DNA of 64,000 nt from Firmicutes bacterium UBA4916 (lineage in GTDB: Bacteria; Bacillota; Clostridia; Tissierellales; Tepidimicrobiaceae), in the NCBI GenBank assembly GCA_002398845.1, contig DHBY01000061.1, forward strand, positions 4,475-68,474, in the 5' to 3' direction. The notes under the pieces were generated by a model, which was given only the letters and a program-made list of their open reading frames with translations, did not search any database and was not told where the DNA came from. Both the position numbers and the translations under genes were made by a program. Of the stretch, positions 56,722-64,000 are shown piece by piece; position 1 is the first letter of the stretch, and the number at the start of each line of letters is the position of its first letter.

Positions 56722-58743
56722 TTAATACTTCCATTCGTTTAATGTATATAGCATATATACCGCCTCTGCTCTTGTAATCTTGTTGTTCATATTATTCATG
56801 CTTTTGCTTCTATAATCCTTTTCATACAATATTCTTGAGGAGTAATTAGACCAATAAAATTTGTCGGTATTTGTTACTTTTTTCATTATATTTTCCACTT
56901 CCTTATAGCTAATAGAGTTATTAGGCCTAAAGGTCTTATCTAAATATCCGCTAATATATTCTTTTCTTTCTGCATAAGAAATTACTCTACCATAGAAATT
57001 AAATTTATTGAAATCCTTGAATTTTTTTGCATCTTGAATATCATCTGTAATCTGCCAATCATAAACTTTGCTAAGCATTACCAAGAACTCTCCCCTTGTA
57101 ACATTTCTATTTGGTTTAAAAGTCTTATCAGAATATCCAGATACAATACCTCTTCGTAGAAATGTATTAATCTCATCTTTTGCCCAATGTCCCCTAATAT
57201 CTGGTAATGTTATAGTTCCTTTATCCACTAAAACACAATATATATTGTCTTCCTCTTTAAATGAATTTGGTTTAACTTTTGTTTTTATAAATCCATCCCC
57301 TATTTCTGATGGCAAGTATACCCAATTATCCTTTACTTTTTTATAGATTCCCCCATCTTGTTTGCCATAGTATTCAAATTTTAGTTCAATAGGTTGTTCT
57401 TTATTATATTCAAAGGATTTGTTTGCAATATTTACACTATAGTAGTCAGATGCTTTAATAAAACCTTCATCTATAGTTCTATAATTTTCCGATAAGGTAT
57501 CTATTGTAACTACAATTGGATTGTAATAAGTACCCTTGTCTATCTCTAAAGACATTTTTTTATCTAAGCTAAAGACTTCTCCACCAGCAATATGTACTGT
57601 CATTGCTGTAGTTTTATTTTGTAATATCTCTTTATTTAAATTGTGGAAAGTAATAGTATATCCTTCAGATAATCCTTTTTTAAACCCACTAATAAATCCT
57701 TCCCTATATCTTTCTGATTCTAATGTTAGATTGTATTCTATTAGTAAATGTCCTTCACCCGGTTCATGCCTTTTCCAATCATTTGTAAGCTTTAGCATAT
57801 AGTCCTTTGTAGCATAAGTTTTCCCACTTTTTAATCCAATTTCTTTCCCGCTATTATAACCATCTTCCCATGATCTTTTATGTTCGTTAACATTCATAGC
57901 TCTAAAAGCTTTATTATAACTTTCTTCATAGGCTTTCTCAAACCCAGTTAAGAAACCTTCTTTGTATTCTTTAGAATCCCTATTCAACAAAAATTCTGCC
58001 TCAATAATACCAGTAGTAGGAATACTACGGGTGTAATCAAGTCTTTTTCCATCATAATAGTCCATAGCTCCATAAGTAGTAGCTAAAATATTCCCAAAAT
58101 ACTCTCCGTCCCTTTTGCCTTCCTCATAAAAAACTTTAATAGGTTCAAAATTTCCTCTTCTATAACCTTCTTGGTAGCCTTCTTTGAAATTTTCTTTAAA
58201 AGCAGTTAAAAAGCCTCGTCTAAAATCTGACGTTTCTCTACTCAAATTGTAAATATCTACAATTTTATTGTCCGATAGTATAGCTTTACTCCAATTATTT
58301 TTAACATTATCATAAAAATCTCTATATCCGTATATTTCTCCTAAAGTTAATCCTAATATTTTAGCATAATCAAGTTTTTCTTCTTTTTTATCTTTATTGT
58401 TTTCTTTCTCATCCTTAATTATTTCATTATAACCTACTTTAAATCCTTCTTTATAAGCCGTTTCTATAAGACTTTCATATTTTTCATCGAAATCATCATA
58501 AGCGTATTTATACTCTTTTATTATATCATCGGGATTACTAGGCCAAGCCTCATAATATGGAATCTTATTATCTTTCATATTATTTTTATAAGCTTTAATT
58601 GTCCCTTGTTTATATCCTAGTTTATTAGCGTTCTCTTCTATCTTATCAGGATTATAAAAGTTAGCTCCATATGCCATAGAGTAATTAGACATAGCCATTA
58701 TAATTAGAATAACTAAAAATATTCTTCTACCTAATTCCTTCAT
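56722..58743 (-). CDS. Secreted SLH-domain protein with four ~86-aa helical repeats
   Basis: Signal peptide, repeats aa ~39-370, central beta domain, SLH motifs (DIRGHWAKDEI...GIVSGYSDKTFKPNRNVTRGE; ISGYLDKTFRPN; ITRAE). Confidence 0.85.
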   Translation of the reverse strand: MKELGRRIFLVILIIMAMSNYSMAYGANFYNPDKIEENANKLGYKQGTIKAYKNNMKDNKIPYYEAWPSNPDDIIKEYKYAYDDFDEKYESLIETAYKEGFKVGYNEIIKDEKENNKDKKEEKLDYAKILGLTLGEIYGYRDFYDNVKNNWSKAILSDNKIVDIYNLSRETSDFRRGFLTAFKENFKEGYQEGYRRGNFEPIKVFYEEGKRDGEYFGNILATTYGAMDYYDGKRLDYTRSIPTTGIIEAEFLLNRDSKEYKEGFLTGFEKAYEESYNKAFRAMNVNEHKRSWEDGYNSGKEIGLKSGKTYATKDYMLKLTNDWKRHEPGEGHLLIEYNLTLESERYREGFISGFKKGLSEGYTITFHNLNKEILQNKTTAMTVHIAGGEVFSLDKKMSLEIDKGTYYNPIVVTIDTLSENYRTIDEGFIKASDYYSVNIANKSFEYNKEQPIELKFEYYGKQDGGIYKKVKDNWVYLPSEIGDGFIKTKVKPNSFKEEDNIYCVLVDKGTITLPDIRGHWAKDEINTFLRRGIVSGYSDKTFKPNRNVTRGEFLVMLSKVYDWQITDDIQDAKKFKDFNKFNFYGRVISYAERKEYISGYLDKTFRPNNSISYKEVENIMKKVTNTDKFYWSNYSSRILYEKDYRSKSMNNMNNKITRAEAVYMLYTLNEWKY
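57634..58629 (-). repeat. Four degenerate protein repeats in the SLH protein
   Basis: Aligned Gly at aa 43/131/217/303 and GF at aa 177/263/349 (period 86-88 aa). Confidence 0.75.
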
Positions 58744-58759
58744 TTATATCACCTTCCCA

Positions 58760-60193
58760 CTATCTTGGTATTACCAAAATCTTACCTTCCCATATATCTT
58801 TATTGGAATTTATTTCATTATACTTCATTATTAAATTTTTCTTATTTACAGTCCCGTAGATTTTTTTACTTATTTTATCAAGGGTATCTTCTTTTTCAAC
58901 TATATATAAGGTGAATTTTTCACTAGTCTTGGTGCTATTTCTTGGGTAAATTGCCTCTAATTTATCAAATAAAAGTACTCCATAATCATCCCTATTATCG
59001 TTAAGTTCAATATATATTCTATCTAATTGTAAGGGATATAGGGATAAATCCTGTGGTAATTGAGCCTCTATATACTCCCACCCTATCCATCCAATTCCCT
59101 TTGTCAATTCTACATCTACCTTTTCCCCAGCTTGTCCCTTAAGTCTAATACCTAAACTAGCTGGAGAATAATTATAGGCGTGAACCCATAGTCCAATAGA
59201 TGAAGGAGGATATTTTAATACTATATTCCTATCAGTTAAATCTATATATGCCCTATTCTCATCTTCTAAACCTAGAATATTGTATTCAAACCTAATAGAA
59301 TGTTCTTTAGACTTTGAATTTAATGATTTTAATATACTTCCTTTAATATTTTTATTAGATGGAATAAAGTATAAGTCCCCACCTTCAAAATCCTCTAATA
59401 TTTCTTTTTTATTATCATCTATATTGGGGGTTTCACTTTCTACACTTATATTAGAAGTTTCATTTTCTACACTGATATAACCATTATCTAGATTATCATC
59501 TTCTAAAACTTCATTTTCATTATCTGTTTCCTTATAATCTTCATAAGCTTTAAAAGGATTAGATTTATCATTCTCTGACACTATATCTATATATGCTAAA
59601 TCATCCTGTATTTCTGAAATTCCTTCTAAACTATATATCTTTAAAGACATATCGCCAGCCAACTGATTTTCTAAATCTTTATCTATGATTAAACTAGATA
59701 TCAATATCTTCTTGGGACTTGAACCTATCCCTCTTATAGTTTCGATAAGTCCTTCATAACTGCCTCTATAAGGGACAGTAATGTCCATAGTCTTAACCAT
59801 TAGATCACCTATCTGTTCTTCTGATGGTCTATTGAAATTAATATCTAGTATATCCAATTCTTCGCTATCGAATATCTCATTTAAAAGATAGATAATCTGA
59901 GGTTGATCTAGTTTAGAAAAATACTTGTTAAGTATAATATATTTTTCCCTTTCTAGTTTCCTCCGCTCATCCTCAATTTTCTTTTCACTTTTTAATATAG
60001 TGTTCATATGAGAAATTTTTTCTTCATACTCGCATTTTTCTTTAGTTAAAATTTTTAACTTGTTTGATTGGGGGATAATAATAAATCTAAAGGTCGCCCA
60101 AAACACAATAACAATTCCCAATAAAATCAAAAGTGTCTTTTCATTCTTCGTTAGTTTTTTCTTCATCTTCTTCGGCAGTTGTGTTTTCTCCAT
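58760..60193 (-). CDS. PilO-like alignment protein fused to CBM-like beta-sandwich and C-terminal LysM
   Basis: N-terminal TM + coiled coil + PilO-like region (GSYEGL..TI..I, NPF), acidic linker, LEDFE...IGLWV...GWIGWEYI..LP..YPLQLDRIY, LysM YIVEKEDTLDKIS..IYG......I.KYN......IWEG.ILVIP. Confidence 0.78.
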   Translation of the reverse strand: MEKTQLPKKMKKKLTKNEKTLLILLGIVIVFWATFRFIIIPQSNKLKILTKEKCEYEEKISHMNTILKSEKKIEDERRKLEREKYIILNKYFSKLDQPQIIYLLNEIFDSEELDILDINFNRPSEEQIGDLMVKTMDITVPYRGSYEGLIETIRGIGSSPKKILISSLIIDKDLENQLAGDMSLKIYSLEGISEIQDDLAYIDIVSENDKSNPFKAYEDYKETDNENEVLEDDNLDNGYISVENETSNISVESETPNIDDNKKEILEDFEGGDLYFIPSNKNIKGSILKSLNSKSKEHSIRFEYNILGLEDENRAYIDLTDRNIVLKYPPSSIGLWVHAYNYSPASLGIRLKGQAGEKVDVELTKGIGWIGWEYIEAQLPQDLSLYPLQLDRIYIELNDNRDDYGVLLFDKLEAIYPRNSTKTSEKFTLYIVEKEDTLDKISKKIYGTVNKKNLIMKYNEINSNKDIWEGKILVIPR

Positions 60194-60743
60194 CTATATC
60201 CACATCCTTAAGATTAATATTTAATATAAATTTATAGTTTTCTTCTTCAGGTGATATATTTGTTATAAATACTTCTTGAAATTCTTCTACCGATTCTAAA
60301 CTCTTTCCTAATTCAGCTATGGACCATTTATCCTTTGAAACTCCGACTATTTCTATATTGTCGGTATACATACTAATTGAAGTGAAAAACACATCCTGTG
60401 GCATCCTAGATGTAATATTCTCCAAAAGGTAATCATCTATAATACTGTTATCTTCAACGACTTTATCTAATAATTTTATTTTCTCAAGGTACTCTTTAAG
60501 TTCACCCAATTCTTTATCTTTCCTATTTATCTCCTTTATTTTTTTATTTATTTCTTCATCTTCAGCTATAGATTTTAATTTGGAAATGTCTTTTGAAACT
60601 TGCCTTACCTTAACTTGATTAAATGTAGAATAAGAAATAAGAAAAACTATTAGGAATATAAATATGAAATAGCAAATTAGTCGTTTATTTATATTAAGTT
60701 CTTTTTTTTCAATAAGGGGTTCAAAATAATTTAAATCCTTCAT
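60141..60743 (-). CDS. pilN: Type IV pilus alignment protein PilN
   Basis: N-terminal DLNYF (INLL-like), TM, coiled coil, P.DV.FTSI; follows pilM. Confidence 0.85.
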   Translation of the reverse strand: MKDLNYFEPLIEKKELNINKRLICYFIFIFLIVFLISYSTFNQVKVRQVSKDISKLKSIAEDEEINKKIKEINRKDKELGELKEYLEKIKLLDKVVEDNSIIDDYLLENITSRMPQDVFFTSISMYTDNIEIVGVSKDKWSIAELGKSLESVEEFQEVFITNISPEEENYKFILNINLKDVDIDGENTTAEEDEEKTNEE

Positions 60744-60745
60744 AT

Positions 60746-61813
60746 TTACACCTCTACCGTTCTAAATATTGATCCAATGGGATTTACATATTTGCTGATT
60801 TCACCGTTAAAATCTAGATTATTGAAGGATTCTACTTTTATTGAAGGAATATTGAAGTAATTGGAAAATAAATTAGATATCCCATTAATATTAGCATTTC
60901 CTCCAAACAATAAAATCATATTGATTTTATTGTTTATTTCTCTAGTCAAATAATACCTAAATATTATATCTATTTTTTCATTTAAACTTTCAAAAGAATT
61001 TTTCATAATATTTATCATACGATTATGTTCAGAGTATTCTTCTTCTATTTGATTAATATTTTTTATTTCCTTTTTCATTTGCTCAAGCTCTTCTTGATTG
61101 TACTCACAAAAATTCAAAATATTTTGGTCTATGTATTTCCCACCTATTTCAACAATTCTTGCAACCTGAATAATGCCATTTTTAACTATTGTAACTTTGG
61201 TATTATCATAACCTATATCTATTCCAGCAAAAGTTATATCTTCTGTAGCATAGTTATCATTTATGATTCCATTATATTTTATAAGTTTGGCCATAGAATT
61301 AGGCTGATAATCTAAAACTAAAGGATTTAACTCTAAATCTTTTAATAGTTTATAGTGGCTTTCAACTATATCTTTAGGAATAGCAATTAATAATATATTA
61401 AGTTTTTCTATATCTTTCCTATAGACATGTCCTATTATTTTAAATTGAACTATATAACTTTCAGGATTCATAGGAATATAATCTTCAAGTTGGAATTTTA
61501 AAATATCGTCAATTTCCTCATAATCAACCTTAGGAATTATTACATCCCTTGTTAATATAGACGAACTATTAATCGTTAAGTAAGTATCTTTTGATTTAAC
61601 TTTGTTCTCCTTAAGTTTCTCCTTCAGTACATAGTGGATTAAATCCTTGTCCACTATTTTCCCATTTCTATAGGCCCCTTTTGGCATAGGTATGGTAAAA
61701 TAATTATCTATTATAATTCCTTTTTTGGTTTCCTTTCCCTCTACTACTTTTATTTCATAGGAGCCTATGTCTAAAGATAGGATTTTCTTTTTTGGTAGAA
61801 ATGATAAATTCAA
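60746..61813 (-). CDS. pilM: Type IV pilus assembly protein PilM (FtsA/actin-like)
   Basis: LSLDIGSYEIK, IDIGYDNT, GG..ID, LFGG.ANINGI. Confidence 0.9.
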   Translation of the reverse strand: MNLSFLPKKKILSLDIGSYEIKVVEGKETKKGIIIDNYFTIPMPKGAYRNGKIVDKDLIHYVLKEKLKENKVKSKDTYLTINSSSILTRDVIIPKVDYEEIDDILKFQLEDYIPMNPESYIVQFKIIGHVYRKDIEKLNILLIAIPKDIVESHYKLLKDLELNPLVLDYQPNSMAKLIKYNGIINDNYATEDITFAGIDIGYDNTKVTIVKNGIIQVARIVEIGGKYIDQNILNFCEYNQEELEQMKKEIKNINQIEEEYSEHNRMINIMKNSFESLNEKIDIIFRYYLTREINNKINMILLFGGNANINGISNLFSNYFNIPSIKVESFNNLDFNGEISKYVNPIGSIFRTVEV

Positions 61814-61871
61814 GTTTAATCATCTCCTTCATTGATGATGTGTTTCCCTCCTAATTTCCCATAAATTCGCC

Positions 61872-62630
61872 TCAATAAAATTTTGATACATACCAAACAA
61901 TAATATTTTCTCCAAAAATTATCGTAATCATAAAAGCTATACATATAAAAGGTCCAAAGGGTATTGGGTCTTTTTTCCCTTTTATTTTAAATAATAATAA
62001 AAATATAGATATGATTGCACCAAGTATAAAGGATAAAAATATATTTAATAAAATCATTTTGATTCCCAATATAAATCCTAATACTCCAATTAATTTTATA
62101 TCTCCACCACCCAAACCACCCTTATAAACTATAGATATTAATAGAAAAATTCCAGCAGAAATAATTAAACCTAATAGACTATTCACTATATTTGGCGATA
62201 TATTATATAGTCTAAATCTTAATATTTTATAAATAATGGATGTGATAAATATAATGATATTTAGACAATCTAGGATAATCTGATGATGTAAATCTATAAA
62301 ACTAATTATTATTAAAACACTAAATATAATTGCGTAAAATGCAAAATTAATAGTTGCACTAAATTTATAATATAAAATCAAATATAATATTCCATTTAGC
62401 AACTCAACCATTGGATACTGTATGGAAATAGGTTCTCTGCAGTATTTACACTTGCCTCCTTGTAATATGTAACTTAAAATTGGTATTAAATCATGCCATT
62501 GTAAAGGGGTGCTGCAATTAGGACAATGAGATGAGAGATATACTATGGACTCTCCCCTTGGTATTCTATATATACATACGTTTAAAAACGAGCCAATGAT
62601 TATGCCAAATAGAAATATGAATATGAACAT
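61872..62630 (-). CDS. pilD: Prepilin peptidase / N-methyltransferase (A24)
   Basis: GSFLNVCIYRIP, SHCPNC...GKCKYC, IDL, GGGDIKL, IPFGPF. Confidence 0.95.
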   Translation of the reverse strand: MFIFIFLFGIIIGSFLNVCIYRIPRGESIVYLSSHCPNCSTPLQWHDLIPILSYILQGGKCKYCREPISIQYPMVELLNGILYLILYYKFSATINFAFYAIIFSVLIIISFIDLHHQIILDCLNIIIFITSIIYKILRFRLYNISPNIVNSLLGLIISAGIFLLISIVYKGGLGGGDIKLIGVLGFILGIKMILLNIFLSFILGAIISIFLLLFKIKGKKDPIPFGPFICIAFMITIIFGENIIVWYVSKFY

Positions 62631-62715
62631 TGGCAGCCTCCTTTTTTGGATTGAGATTTATATGATGGCAAACAATAGAAACTGTCCCTGGTATTTGTAC
62701 GTTCCTACCATTTAA

Positions 62716-63171
62716 TTATTCCTCCGATATTGCAATAGGCTCTACTGTTATATTTCCTTTTGAATCAATTGTTACGACATAATTCTCTCCTTTAAATTCA
62801 TTTCCTTCTGAATCTTTCAATTCATCTATACCTTTAGGAATCTTTGGCCATTCTTGAAGATATAAAGTCCATTTGTTATTATCCTTGCTTGTATCAATAA
62901 TCGTGCTGGCTCTTGTACCTCCTTTACTATTCCATTCTACCTTTCCATTTTCTGTTGGTAAATCATATTCAACCATATACATACTTGCTGCATTTTCCAA
63001 TGTTTTAACATTAGCATTATGGGCAGTTATTGTGGCAGTTTTTTTTGATATCGTTAATTTTGGTACAGCTATAACTGTCAATACCCCCAATATCGCAATA
63101 ACAACTACCAACTCAATCAAAGTAAATCCCTTATTATCCTTTCTTGCCTTCTTTAAAATCCATTGAAACAT
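62716..63171 (-). CDS. pilA: Type IV major pilin
   Basis: KG|FTLIELVVVIAILGVL..IAVP; strong GGGGGG SD. Confidence 0.88.
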   Translation of the reverse strand: MFQWILKKARKDNKGFTLIELVVVIAILGVLTVIAVPKLTISKKTATITAHNANVKTLENAASMYMVEYDLPTENGKVEWNSKGGTRASTIIDTSKDNNKWTLYLQEWPKIPKGIDELKDSEGNEFKGENYVVTIDSKGNITVEPIAISEE

Positions 63172-63195
63172 CTTTTTCCCCCCTTGTTTTTCTTC

Positions 63196-64000
63196 TTATA
63201 TTTCTATAGTGTTTACCATATCAAACATTGGCATTGCCATGGCTATAACTATAAATCCTATAATTATTGCCATAAGCACAATCAATATTGGCTCTAGCAT
63301 GGTAACCATTTTCTCCATAGACACTTCTACTTCCTCATCATAGAAATCTGCGGTTTTATACAATATATCATCTAAAGCCCCTGATTCTTCTCCAACTTTT
63401 ATCATAGAATCTACCATAGGTGGAAACATCTCCATATCCTTTATAGCCTTAGACATTGGTACACCTTTTCTTATGTCTTCGTTTGCAATTTCAAGCATAT
63501 CACATACTATCTTATTTCCTACTACTTTACTTACTGCATCTAAGGCTTGTAATATAGGTATACCACTAGATAACAATATAGATAAAGTTCTTATAAATCT
63601 AGAGGTAATAATCTTGATATTCATCTTTTTTATACCAGGAATTTTTATCTTTAAATTGTCGAAAAATCTTCTTCCTTCTTCGGTTTTTTCTAAGGATATA
63701 ATGCTTAGTATAATAATCAAAGTTATTCCAATAAATATGTACCAATAGCCTGTAAGCCAATTGCTTATAGATAAAAGTGTCCTTGTGGGCCATGGTAATA
63801 AAGTGCCATTACTTTCAAACATACCAATGAAGGTAGGCATTACTACCGTTAATAAAAATATTACAACTGCAATTGCGACTATACTAAGTATAATAGGATA
63901 AACAAAAGCATTCTTTACTTTGTTCTCTAAACTATTTTCCTTTTCAAAATGGACTGCCATTCTTTCCATAATAACATCTAAATTGCCACTGACTTCCCCT
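63196..64000 (-). CDS. pilC: Type IV pilus platform protein PilC / T2SS F family (3' part; starts beyond window)
   Basis: YP.IL, LP.PT, GEESGALD, LEP.LI...A; frame continues to window end. Confidence 0.93.
   Translation of the reverse strand, partial: GEVSGNLDVIMERMAVHFEKENSLENKVKNAFVYPIILSIVAIAVVIFLLTVVMPTFIGMFESNGTLLPWPTRTLLSISNWLTGYWYIFIGITLIIILSIISLEKTEEGRRFFDNLKIKIPGIKKMNIKIITSRFIRTLSILLSSGIPILQALDAVSKVVGNKIVCDMLEIANEDIRKGVPMSKAIKDMEMFPPMVDSMIKVGEESGALDDILYKTADFYDEEVEVSMEKMVTMLEPILIVLMAIIIGFIVIAMAMPMFDMVNTIEI

Noticed and set aside
62631-63195. c-di-GMP riboswitch or REP-like element around the major pilin gene
   Set aside because: Only 24 nt separate pilC and pilA; the 85-nt pilA-pilD spacer has weak pairing and one GGGACAGTTTCT segment, insufficient for a call
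89-63748. About 40 short + strand ORFs in the track
   Set aside because: Nearly all are antisense to well-supported minus-strand genes, have Ile/Ser/Phe-rich shadow composition and no recognisable motifs

Overview
AT-rich core chromosomal segment of an endospore-forming, probably anaerobic Firmicute (Clostridia/Tissierellia-like, inferred from the IspH-S1 fusion, four-subunit 2-oxoacid:ferredoxin oxidoreductase, spo0A/spoIIIA/spoIVB/spoIIM and SLH proteins). All about 60 credible genes lie on the minus strand; the + strand ORFs are antisense shadows. In transcription order (right to left): a type IV pilus locus (pilC, major pilin, pilD, pilMN, an unusual PilO-CBM-like-LysM fusion, an SLH protein with four ~86-aa repeats, four minor pilins, comFB), aroK, aroQ-efp, spoIIIAA-AH, asp23-amaP-nusB-tsaD-like-xseAB-ispA, a ~560-nt OLE-class noncoding RNA with its partner gene oapA, tlyA-argR-recN-spoIVB-spo0A, a steA-steB-glycosyltransferase-DUF3866-NUDIX cluster, spoIIM-xerD-punA-pdp, a large unknown membrane protein, dacF, scpAB, gerW-dacB, a flavoprotein/Fe-S pair with rluB and an MnmM-like methyltransferase, an oadA-like gene, a 2-oxoacid oxidoreductase operon with an RpiR regulator, and aroH-cmk-plsC-ispH/rpsA-cheR-M42 peptidase. 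No mobile elements, CRISPR arrays, tRNA or rRNA genes were seen. Best leads: (i) the OLE RNA, bracketed by its own promoter and terminator; (ii) two wall-binding proteins built into the pilus operon where diderms have pilP/pilQ, a candidate monoderm cell-wall anchoring or conduit module; (iii) the actinobacterial-type SteAB cell-separation cluster next to spo0A. All family calls come from motif and synteny recognition by eye, with no database search.
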